From Antedon mediterranea (taxonomy: Eukaryota; Animalia; Echinodermata), in the NCBI RefSeq assembly GCF_964355755.1, contig NC_092677.1, positions 3,308,101 to 3,372,100 of the forward strand: 64,000 bases of DNA, given 5' to 3'. The notes under the pieces were generated by a model, which saw only the letters and a list, made by a program, of their open reading frames with translations, was not told where the DNA came from and did no database searches. Position 1 is the first letter of the stretch. Each line of letters begins with the position of its first letter. The position numbers and the translations under genes were made by a program. Below are positions 12,401 to 22,500 of this stretch, one piece after another.

Positions 12401-15210
12401 TACTATCTTTTAAAGTTTTGATTAAATAAATTGCATGCCATATACAGTGTTGGAAATCTGAAACGGTTTGTGGAAGTTTTCTGTGTCAGTCTAGCCCTTC
12501 CTGATCTGCTAATAATAATTGTAAGTGTAATGGGTGGGTTGAGTCTTGTATAAGTTTCGTTGTGGATCTCTACATGGTACCGGACCGGTCTTGGATTGAT
12601 TAATCACTCCTCAACCTCATCATCCCTTCTCCCTTGTATTGTTTTGCATTTGTTAGTGTTAATGATGTTGTGAGCGCATAATACGTGCCCCCCTTTAATG
12701 ATCAAGGGGAAAATAAAGATAAGAAAGGGCAGACTATGTAGCACACATGCTATTGATTAATGTTCTCTAAAACCCCACGCAGTGGTCTCCAAGGGGTCGT
12801 TCTCCCTGGATCATCAAATTCGCTATGAACTATGTATCGACGTCTATGCAAACTTTATGACTATAAGTAGTAAATATTTTCATGGATACGATAAAACTTA
12901 ATTATATTATTAGTAAGCGGTTGTATTGTTTTATAATTTATTGGAAACGACATCGTATTTTTAAGGCCAGACAAAAATACATTTAACCGTCACGTCAACT
13001 TTTTCTAATACTTAAGTATTATGTAAACCATGGGGGATTTTTCCAGCATGTGTAAACTAAAACTTAGTTCTCACTAGGACGCAGCGCAAGACGTAAGCCG
13101 CAACGGAAGCAAATGACCAATCACAAGCGATGGTTTAATCCCACTGTCGCTTTTGATTGGTCAATTCGCTTGCGTTGTGGCTTACTGTATGTCCCTACGT
13201 TGCGCGCGCATGGTGGAAATCAAGCGTAAACGGTGAAAATGAAATTGATGATTGTATGATGACTGTATAATAAAGATATATAAAAAAATACATACATAAA
13301 AGGGTTAGTCTAAAACGATTTTACAAATTGCATGCGTCAGGGCTTTACCGAATAATACCACAACAAGGAGTATTATATTCAAGGTGCATTGTGCAGTATT
13401 ATCTCCGGCAGTATTTCTAAATAAGGTATTGTTATTAGGCTACTATACACTCTTATCCTACAAACAAAAGAGATCCGCTGATAGGAATGCATAAAAAGAC
13501 TATTATAAAAGACAGTGTAGTTTGTTGGACCACCAGTATATGTTGTAAATCCGAGAAATAGATTAATGAAATATGAATCATGATTTGTTGTGGAATATTA
13601 ATTATAAGTCTCGCACGCATGAATATACGATTAGATCTTTAGTAAAACAGTAGGCCTATCAATATCCGTAGGCCTGGTGGCCTACTCCTCCCAACCCCAG
13701 CCAATTTTTCATGTATATCAGTTAGTTACTTTAGAAAAATGAATACATAAGATTAAACAATTAATAATTATATTATAATATAATATATGCCATATAGGCT
13801 ACATGCATAATCTGCTCAATTACTTTGAGAAAAATGAATATCTAGGCCCAAGATCAAAATAAATAATGATATATTATAATAATATATATATATATATTAT
13901 AATTGTACTGATTAAGGGCTAGTGAATTGCCCGAAGCTCTGCTAACTTTTCTGACTGTTTTACTTTATCGTTTTGATTTAGCTTTTCGGGTTTGTTTTTT
14001 TTGTAGGCCTATCTGATACCCACAGCATTGTCATTTTGTTTAGTAATTTGCCTTTGGATTTATATGTTATAATAATATATAATAAAGGCCTACATGTCTA
14101 TTTTATACCTGTTGTGAACAAGCAATTTATTTGTAATAAGCGGAACGGGAAACTATCTTCCAGTAAATTCCATGGACAAATTCAGATTTCAAACCGCCAA
14201 TTACTGTCGGCCTATTCCCGGAATGACGGTTTTGAAAAAGTTTGGCTTAGTGAACTTCCCTCCATGGACAAGGAGGCTTTTATCTATGGTTTTTCAGAAA
14301 CTCGTATATGTATTCTGAATGTGTTTTTAAAAGAAAAAACATATTGAAACTCAGGAAATTTTGGTTTTGAGAGAGTTTATTTTTATAAATTGATTTATTT
14401 GTAAATTATTTATCATCAGTTATATGGGGCGTTTAGACTTCATGGTGGAACAATTATCGGTAACACTTTTACCCAGGTAGATTACTATTATGTCTGAAAT
14501 GTTTTAAATTTTCTTTTTACACACATTCATCAAGTTCGATCATTAATAAGCCTAACTTGTCACAAAATTGTCATTCGGGAAGGGTCGACATTGCGGTTTG
14601 AAATCTCGTAATGTGGCCAAACATTAATGTGTTAATGTATGTGGTCTTGTTCATTAAGGGCTGCGGTCGTCGTAAACTTAGTAGTCCCTATAATTTAAGT
14701 CACTTTAGGGGTTTATAAGCCTATGCCTCGAGTACTGAGTACGTAGTATAGTAGCAGCCTTACACAGGGTAGTAATCTAATCAAAGCTCTTACGAACAAA
14801 TTACTTAAAATTATCTTACTTGGTGCATATTTATTCCAGTAGACAACATCTACTACTTCTTCTGGTGATGTTTCAAAATCCAACTGCTCTTTGACAACCA
14901 CTTGATTACCAATCACCTCAAACCGAGGGTTATAATTTTCCATGACATAACGATTATCCAACGTGTTATTGAATTCGTAAGCTGTGAATCCCAGCGACAC
15001 AGTTTCAGATATATCCACAGTCACATCGTTCAAAGCAACATCTCTGCGTTTTCTATGACTAGTGTTGCGGAGTTTACTGTACCGCCGCTCAAAATCCGAG
15101 TACTGTAATCGAGTGTTATCAATCCTATGTTCTAATTCACAATCAATCACGGTAGTTAAATAGCATAAATAAAAAAATAATAATCCAAATGGTTGTAATG
15201 TATTCCACAT
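123..15210 (-). CDS. Cadherin gene A: tandem paralog of gene B (type III classical cadherin), exons 1-14 only (1123 codons); continues beyond left edge
   Basis: ATG at 15210 with signal peptide MWNTLQPFGLLFFYLCYLTTVIDC, then HRKRR/DV furin site. Its 14 GT-AG exons align one-to-one with gene B exons 1-14 with the same phases; exons 2, 13 and 14 have identical lengths (189, 144, 305 nt). Confidence 0.9.
499..1446 (+). mobile_element. HINE/DINE-1-like (Helentron-associated) non-autonomous element, interrupted by a SINE
   Basis: 5' TACCTCCGCC, (GTTT)n microsatellite, 3' inverted GGGGAGGTA plus hairpin GCACTCTCGGAGTGG and CTAG, set in T-rich flanks. Confidence 0.6.
588..850 (+). mobile_element. 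tRNA-derived SINE with poly(A) tail
   Basis: Pol III A-box TGGCTTGGTGG (597), B-box GGTTCAAGTCC (641), A-tail 826-850; homologous copy at 20877-21065. Confidence 0.75.
1538..1700. mobile_element. MITE with GGACCATGTCAAAAT(A/G)ATTCTACTGCAGT terminal inverted repeats
   Basis: ~29-bp inverted termini; diverged copy ~10457-10679 and fragment ~38255-38285. Confidence 0.65.
1717..1860 (-). CDS. Cadherin A exon 13
   Basis: ATITLRVEIIDINDNNPYFDDVEYSANVIESAQIGTVVTRTTATDKDE; not in ORF track; AG/GTATG; 144 nt. Confidence 0.9.
1911..2208. repeat. Degenerate tandem repeat (~27-30 bp, GAGTTTGAAAAAATGTTCTCA core)
   Basis: About 9-10 imperfect recurrences of tgagtttgaaaaaatgttctc. Confidence 0.7.
2243..2426 (-). 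CDS. Cadherin A exon 12
   Basis: VTYAQDP...FEVNPTTGEITTNGNFDRE...AEDGAP...PNR; AG/GT boundaries. Confidence 0.9.
2457..2680 (+). mobile_element. Degenerate tRNA-SINE with Deu/Nin-like central domain
   Basis: A-box-like TGGCCAAGCGG at ~2466; GTGCACTTAAGGAACCCAGTTCAACATTCGAGAGGAGTAGGGGT at 2556-2599; (AAATT)n tail. Confidence 0.45.
3046..3259 (-). CDS. Cadherin A exon 11
   Basis: YELLIQATDD...VDENDRTPQF...AEDTDTVLAYKT; AG/GTAAG. Confidence 0.9.
3655..3983 (-). CDS. Cadherin A exon 10
   Basis: NIELTVTARDN...LVDNQAGAPVF...LDYEEVQ; AG/GTGTG, phase 2. Confidence 0.88.
4246..4421 (-). CDS. Cadherin A exon 9
   Basis: VTIQDTLSVGSEVIKIEAYDPDEED...LKVKSSLLNAER; AG/GTTAG. Confidence 0.88.
4455..4636 (-). 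mobile_element. Short inverted copy of the HINE-like element at 499-1446
   Basis: Reverse complement shows GGAGGTTATGT, TGTTTG microsatellite, TTAGCACGATTATTCAAAAAGT and the GCGCTCTCTGAGTGCCCTTCTAGT end. Confidence 0.55.
4953..5229 (-). CDS. Cadherin A exon 8
   Basis: VTATDADPGING...LDREQ...DDVNDEIPILSPTS; donor GTGAT chosen by phase. Confidence 0.85.
5451..5683 (-). CDS. Cadherin A exon 7
   Basis: GVVSR...DDGLCCNP...NDINDNAPKFPDC...VLE; AG/GTAAG. Confidence 0.9.
5883..6263 (-). CDS. Cadherin A exon 6
   Basis: VTVADEDG...LDYE...NVNDNSPTF...ASDKDGD...VDQYT; AG/GTAAG. Confidence 0.9.
6872..6980 (-). CDS. Cadherin A exon 5
   Basis: VHVTDILDINDNGPVFSQLFYAFRDIPENSDSAVGQ; not in ORF track; AG/GTAGG. 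Confidence 0.88.
7158..7353 (-). CDS. Cadherin A exon 4
   Basis: LITVQARSF...LDREMF...AVDSIGESICE; AG/GTAAG. Confidence 0.9.
7551..7791 (-). CDS. Cadherin A exon 3
   Basis: DKSNMFGVDPVTG...VKVGERPPQF...LPT; AG/GTATG, phase 2. Confidence 0.88.
7890..8016. repeat. 22-bp tandem repeat (CCGATCACTCACCGAACATACT), ~6 copies
   Basis: Directly visible, in cadherin A intron 2. Confidence 0.85.
8273..8461 (-). CDS. Cadherin A exon 2
   Basis: SSESVQLTFNVLDVNEPPEWMMEYEPY...ARDPEDP...GLFS; 189 nt, same as gene B exon 2. Confidence 0.9.
11439..11578. mobile_element. MITE family 1 (AGCTCTGTCTACACTATCAAACT TIR; Tourist/PIF-Harbinger-like), TAA TSD
   Basis: 23-bp TIRs, TAA on both sides, internal ~20-bp ATATCACTACCATATTTGGGC repeats. 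Confidence 0.8.
12112..12266. mobile_element. MITE family 2 (AGCTTGGTTCCCACTAGGACGCAAC TIR; Harbinger-like hairpin)
   Basis: Inverted termini with TAA/TTA flanks; related copies 13061-13227 and 10741-10806, all in cadherin A intron 1. Confidence 0.7.
13061..13227. mobile_element. MITE family 2 copy
   Basis: TTCTCACTAGGACGCAGCGCAAG...GACCAATCACAAGCGA / TCGCTTTTGATTGGTC internal palindrome. Confidence 0.65.
14820..15210 (-). CDS. Cadherin A exon 1 (signal peptide, short pro-peptide, furin site, most of EC1)
   Basis: ATG 15210; hydrophobic leader; HRKRRDV; NPRFEV...LDFE; donor GTAAG, phase 1. Confidence 0.88.
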
Positions 15211-16618
15211 CTTGGCAGAGGTTATTCACAATTATAAAACGATCACATGAATTGCAGACACGAATCGATAGTTATATTAACCCGAAAGCAAAAGCAACGA
15301 TTGTGTTCAAAGTCCAAGATTATTCCACCAATAATGCCAGCTTTCCTAGTCTGTTTTCACAATGCAAATAACACGTCATATATTAAGCAAACAATTCATC
15401 CTGTTTAGTAATACAATGTATTCTGTATTCTATACCTATTGTGTATGTTTTACCTATATAGAGGATAAAGAATGCGTTAGACTCACTCGAGTGTTTGCTC
15501 GTTGCCTATTGGTGTAGAATGAAATATTTCTGAATGCGACGGAAATACATATGCAATTGTCGTGTGTTAAAAGGAAGGTGTTAGAGTGTAACAGAAATAT
15601 ACAATGCAAACACACGGATGTTAAGAGAATCATAGATCCTCATATTATAAGGAAATTGTTTCTTAGCGACCAGGTGACACGCATATCCGACGAGAAACGG
15701 AACAAAATCACTAAATGATTCGTGAAGTATTCGTAAAGCACTCGTACACTCCATCCTATACTCTTTGGGTCCGTTAACGCTGGGTGTTTCTCTCCGCTGT
15801 TTTAATTGAGGCTTACTCTACCCTGGCCCAGGCACCATCCCTCCCTTCTCTACCACATAACAACCCAGAGGCATGTTACTTGAAATTCCGTTTCCACATA
15901 CAGTAGGCCTACTGATTTAAAAGATAGGTAATCGATTCTATTGAACGTTGTCGGAATTGCTAATGGAAAAATCAACGTTACTCCATAATTCCGTACAAAT
16001 ATTTCACAGTAAAATAGCCATAACCTCTAGGCCCAATATTACACTGAACGCACAAACATATACACACGTATAGCCTGGGCTGATTTACAGATTGAGCGTA
16101 ATGTTATGCATAGGCTCCTGCTAATTATGCACGATACATAATTATGCAAGCACCTGCTATTTATGAATACTCTGGGATTATATCATTCGGTAATTATTAT
16201 GTGTGATACCCTTATAATATCTTCATCCTTGTCAATCTTAAACATGAACAATGTATTTAATTGTATCTATAAATTCACTGAAACTTGATGTCTTGAATTC
16301 CAAAAGTATTACAAGCTTTTGTTTCTTTTAATCGGTTCCTTTGTATTTCCAAAGTCGAGGTGAGTCATCAAAGGTAAAACTTATTTATCCGGCAGTTACA
16401 TTCTTTCTATTGTCATACGTAAGAAAGATCAATATATACTTCTGACCACACAGCGCCGACGTCAACCAAAAGGATTTTTGGGATCGTTTTGTTTGAATAA
16501 AGTATTGGTCACATTAAAAGGTTGTTCACTAAGTCAACAACGTCAAAGAGTGAATAATGTGGTTTGGGTTAGATTTGTTCATTCAAGTGTAACGAAACAT
16601 AGTGCTGTCTCAACATAC

Positions 16619-16767
16619 TATCTATTTCCGAAGTATCATAGGAGTATTGGGTAATACAGCATCACATGTGGTGCCTGTATCATGTAATGTTAGGTTACTC
16701 CAGATACATGTGAAACACATGTGATGTTGTATTACCAAATATTCCTATGATACTTTGGAAATAGATA
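16619..16767. mobile_element. Palindromic MITE family 3 (GTATCATAGG...CACATGTG...CCTATGATAC)
   Basis: Long inverted repeat TATCTATTTCCGAAGTATCATAGG / CCTATGATACTTTGGAAATAGATA; relatives at ~40468-40670, ~44147-44260, ~25805-25862. Confidence 0.6.
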
Positions 16768-17499
16768 CACAGTACCGAGAATCGACTGGAATAACAATAT
16801 AATGCAGGGATCGATAGGTGGGACGAGTATTAACTGTGCGTTCAACAATATATCTCTTCTTTTTATTCATAAAGAATACAATAGTTCTTGTTAGTTATAA
16901 TAAAAGTACACAGGAGGCCTACCCGAAAGTTGAATAGTACATGTAGTACTTTACACCCGCTGACTTGTTTATCATGTTTTGCATGTTATCAAATTCCGTT
17001 CCATTCGTTTATTCTTTTCTTTCATCGCGTATAATAAACACGGAACTATAATATATTGACGCGTTTTTGTGATATTCGAAATACAAAACTACTTTACGAC
17101 AACGACTATATACAGTAAACAATTTACAGAATTGCCAACACAACAATGGCATGAATATGGCGGCCTTGGACGAACTCATTTAAACAATAAGGGAAACTCC
17201 ACGATTTAGCCTCAAATCGAGAATACAATAACCAGACTATAGAGGCTGATTATAATCAGATTGAGCTCATCATGCGTGGTCATCCAGAGAGTCCTGGATG
17301 TGCGATGGCACGAAAGCGTAAGCTGGGTTGTCTGCTGGTTAAGTGGCCATGATTTGCTGTAGGCCTATGCGTTGTATATGTATTGGCAATATAATTGATG
17401 AGAACTAAATTTTACTTTACAATTATGAGAATAAATTAATATATAAATTAATTATTGAGTAACGTTGATTTTTCCGTTGATTCAATTAAATCAATAGCA

Positions 17500-17875
17500 A
17501 GTAAATCATCAATCAATAACCAATAAAATATCAAATCAATATCCAGTAAACAAATCACCAGTCAATAACTAATACATGCTCCAATAATCAACAAATCAGT
17601 CAATAATCTATACATCATCAATCAACCAATATTCACCAATAATCATCAATAACCAATAATCAAATCAATAACCGATAAATATCACATAATCATCCACCAA
17701 TAGTTGTCAATTACTAACAAATAAACATCAATCAATAACCAATAATCACCAATCAATAACTAATAATCATCATTCAATAACCAATCGATAACTAATAATC
17801 ACCAATCAATAACCAATAATCATCAATCAATAACCAATAATAATCAATAAATCATCAATCAATCTATAACCAATT
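17500..17875. repeat. Low-complexity (ATCAAT/ACCAAT)n repeat between the two cadherin genes
   Basis: Dense imperfect CAATAACCAATAATCAT units, almost G-free on + strand. Confidence 0.8.
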
Positions 17876-19265
17876 TGGCAGCTAGGCATTTTATTAGCAA
17901 CTGTACAATTAACAACGTGAATTATTATGTTACTAACTATCAAGTGCGTACAACAGCAAATGGCAAGGTAAGAATAATTATTGTATAAATTCTAAAGTGA
18001 AAAAAAAAGATAAAAAGCAAAAGATATAAACTTAATTAACATTAATAATAGCTTGTGTAGCTTGCAGTCATTCTTGGCAAAATATAAAAGTAATGTTTTT
18101 AAGAACGCAACGGAAAAAATACATTTCATGTTAACAGCATACAACGGACAAGCTAAGAAGCTTTACAGCATAATCTAAATCTACATTATTTTTTTTTTAT
18201 ATAAATAACTGGAAAAATTAATTTACATAAAAACGCTTTCCATATTTGGAAAGAAAACACAGACTTTGGAATTACGTCCATATTGTACATACCACATATT
18301 GCATACGATACGATTCCCTTGTAGTATTATAAACAAAATGAAAGATTGTGGTAGAGGGCACTATTTCGATTCCTGTTATAGTCAGTACCATTTTTTTTGT
18401 ACAGTTCTGAATAAACCGGATCACACCCTACAGCTTTCCTTGGCTACTAACGCCAAAACAAATTAGTGCCAACGTTAAACTGACCACTTCAATCACTTTT
18501 CTGCATAAATAATTAACTACACCTAGAGAAAATTGAAATTAACTACAAAAAAATAAAAATGTGCTTGTGTTCCTCGTGTCACATTTAAAAATAAAAAAAA
18601 CCTTACCTATTCAGCCTTTAAGATACGTAGTTATCTATAAACCTTATTTACTAATTACTGTATTAAAGAAACAACTAGTTACTTACAATTTTAAATATTT
18701 GTAAATCTTATTGTTTTAAATATCCAAAACTCAACAACAGGACAAACAGACAATTAATATTATTACTGGAAATGTTTCTAACTGGCAAGTGACTTTGAGC
18801 ATGTATGTCCACCTATATCTTACAACCATCACAAAATGCCTGTGTTTTTATCATTATTTATAAACACTTACTTTCAATTATCAAGGACTTATATATATCT
18901 ACAAAAAATAGACAAATTGTAACAAACTAATTTGACTGATTTCTAAACTTAAACCAGACCTCCTACGGGGAGCTGTGGTTCCTGCAGATTAGGACAATAT
19001 TGTGAATTCTAATTTTTTTTGTAAAAGCTTGTAATTACAGTTAGTTATCACTGTACTATGTTAATTTGTAAACAATTTGAGACTTAATCTGTAATATTTA
19101 TTTGTTCTCATCATAATAGGTTAATTATGTTAAATAAATTAAAATATTAACTACAATGGAATGGTGAACATTTTTGACCTATTATTGAGCAAATTTCTAC
19201 AATTATTATCAAATCAAAATTTACTTTACATTATTATCATTCTGAAATTACAACACTTGAGAGAT

Positions 19266-19507
19266 TCAAAACTCGTTTCCATCGTTGCCACCGTACATAT
19301 CAGCAAGTTTCTTAAATCGTGGACCCCAGTCGTTCAAATAGTCGTAATTTTGCGAGTCGTCGGAGCTGCCGCTGTTTAGGGAGCTGAGAGAACCCGCCGT
19401 AGACCCGTCTCCTTCGTAATCAAAAGTGTGGAGCGTGTCATACGGCGGGGCATTCGGATCATCATCAGCGTTACCTAAACGTCCGTTAATATAACCTCCG
19501 ACATCAT
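19266..19507 (-). CDS. Cadherin B exon 31 (beta-catenin-binding domain, stop)
   Basis: DDVGGYI...[10 protein letters not shown]...GSLSSL...[14 protein letters not shown]...EF*; TGA at 19266-19268. Confidence 0.95.
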
Positions 19508-22500
19508 CTACAAAAAAAGGCAAAAAAAGTTTAAATAACATGCATTACCAAAACAGATTCGGTAATATATAGTATATATAGTATAACTCACAATCTGAAT
19601 GTTAACTCGCTCGCTGTTTGAAATTACAACAAAAACAAACAGTACAACATATTAAAATGTGTCTCCTTAATAGAGGTGTCCCTTTAATATGGGTTGGCTG
19701 TGGTGTTATAGCATATATGGCCTCCCATTCATTTCACAAGTGTCCCCTTAATAGAGGTGTCCCTTTAATATGGGTTGGCTGTGGTGTTATAGCATATATG
19801 GCCTCCCATTCATTTCACAAGTGTCTCCTTAATAGAGGTGTCCCTTTAATATGGGTTGGCTGTGGTGTTATAGCATATATGGCCTCCCATTCATTTCACA
19901 AGTGTCTCCTTAATAGAGGTGTCCCTTTAATATGGGTTGGCTGTGGTGTTATAGCATATATGGCCTCCCATTCATTTCACAAGTGTCTCCTTAATAGAGG
20001 TGTCCCTTTAATATGGGTTGGCTGTGGTGTTATAGCATATATGGCCTCCCATTCATATCACAAGTGTCCCCTTAATAGAGGTGTCCCTTTAATATGGGTT
20101 GGCTGTGGTGTTATAGCATATATGGCCTCCCATTCATTTCACAAGTGTCTCCTTAATAGAGGTGTCCCTTTAATATGGGTTGGCTGTGGTGTTATAGCAT
20201 ATATGGCCTCCCATTCATTTCACAAGTGTCTCCTTAATAGGGGTGTCCCTTTAATATGGGTTGGCTGTGGTGTTATAGCATATATGGCCTCCCATTCATT
20301 TCACAAGTGTCCCCTTAATAGAGGTGTCCCTTTAATATGGGTTGGCTGTGGTGTTATAACATATATGGCCTCCCATTCATTTCACAAGTGTCCCCTTAAT
20401 AGGTGTTCCCAAAGAACTCTTCTGTAGTTTTGTTTTCACAAACATTGCAAATCTCAGGATATTTTAAGATTTCTTGTGTAAACAAAAGGTTTAATTTAAT
20501 GTGTGAATGCACCTTTAAAAAACCCACGGTCAACAAAAAGTGCGAAAAAACATACCTGGTCCTGTGAGTGGTGGCACAGCAGACTCTGGCAACCTTCTTT
20601 TCTTTTCCAGTGTATGATCCATCATTCCAATTGGTTTACTCAACGTGTTGATGTCGTACCCATCACGATCCTCTTCTCCACCGCCCTCTTCATCATAGTG
20701 GACCAGATTCTCTATGAGGTCATCACCGGGGTCAACAAACAGTGGCTCTTTCCTTTGTCGCATGTTACGTTGATATAGAATAAATATCAACACCAATACT
20801 GTATGAAGACAAATTGAGTATTGGTTACTTCTGGTAATAAAATATAATATAAATGTGGTGTTGTAGATAATGTGTAGTGGAGCTGTAGCTTGGTTGTTAA
20901 AATGCTTGCCAAATTCCAAGATCCAAGGTTCAATCCTGACCTAGTGTCAGGGTTCAAATTCTGGCCTAATGCCGGGGTTGTAACTCACAACTCTTTCAAC
21001 TCCACTCCCTAAGCTTCAAATGAGACTTAATTAATGTAATTGGGAAGTTGCTCGCTGTTGGATGCGAGAGAGAGAACAAAATCTATTAGGGCAAAGTAAA
21101 TAATTGATTGGTAAAAATACTCACTTAAGATAACCAATACACAGATGATGATGGCAATTAATAGTCCTGTACTAACACCAGGTTCTACAACCAATTGTTC
21201 TTTCTCTTCTCTGCAGATACCTTCACCTGCATCGTTGATGAAACAGCTGTAGCCGGCTTTGCAGATGACACCCATGCACGCATCCACAACCACGCAACTT
21301 GTACCTTGCAACTCACTTCCTGGCCCACAGCTATTTACAAATAGAACATTTATAGTATGAAAACAATAATGATGACAGAAGGTTTGGTGGTGTACACATC
21401 TGGCTCGTGTGCAATTCAAAGAATCCAGTTCATCACGCTCCTTGTACGGGTTCATTCAACCCCTGTTGTTGTGGATGGACTAACAGGCGCTGTTTGGTGG
21501 CAGCACTCAACGTGAAGAGACCCTTAGGGTAGAAGAAAGTAACCTGTGTGTAGTCCACACTGTGTGCAATTCAGCTCAGTTAGGCTCAAGGGTTATTCCC
21601 CCACATTCAAGTTCATAGTCAGAAGACAAGAAGTCCGAGTAAAAATATGTTTAAATGATCTGAGAGAGTGGAAGCACCACCATGATTAACTTTTGACTTA
21701 TGAATGAATTATTGCGATTAGATGCAGATATTTTTCAAAGGCATCTCCAACAAGATATTTTTTTATCATCTTCCTTGGAATTCTTCTTCATTGGTCATTC
21801 CATTGTTTTCTACAGTACAATTTATATTGTCTACGTATCAGAGTTTGTAAATGTTATGAATAGATTGACATGACCTTTGACCATGGAATACGAATTGGAG
21901 AAAAACAGAGGGTGGGAGTATACTAAAGAGTAGTACTTACATGCATTCATGCATCCTCCAGATGTCGTTACAAATGAAGGTAGCAGGACACACGGCCCCT
22001 ACGCACGCGTCACTCACGCACCCTTCTTCCACGTTTGCTTTACGTACGGTGGCAAACTCGCTGTCCGAGAATCCCAAGTAGTTGTTGTCAATTCTTGGAT
22101 CATTCATACAACCCACGAAATCCTGCGATACTGCTTCGTTACCCGACAAATCGCCGACTCGAAGCGTGTTTGGATCCGCCACAAATATCTGGAATGTACC
22201 CGGTGATGCTTCAACTTGTCTGGTTCCGCCGCCTCTGTCAACCTTTAACGTGACATGGTTACCATAGCGATCATACTCAACACTATGCCACTGTCCATTG
22301 TTGACTCTGTAATTTGGTAGGCTCATTGTAAATTCACCTTCTCCAAGATTGTAGCGAAGCCTCATTGTACCATCAACAAGCTGAAAGAGTAGAATATACT
22401 TTACATAAATATACATAAATATTAATCAAGTCTAACAGTATATATTACAGTCAACTCTCCCAATACCGGACTCTCCCAAAACCGGAATTCCCGAAAAACC

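Noticed and set aside
17880-19265. Poly(A) signal and 3' UTR end of cadherin B
   Set aside because: Several AATAAA candidates on the - strand (e.g. ~19097, ~17889) in AT-rich DNA; cannot choose without transcript data.
19618-20427. 269-aa Cys/His-rich repeat protein on + strand
   Set aside because: Translation of the 81-bp minisatellite; TTG start, antisense within a cadherin intron, no splice or promoter support.
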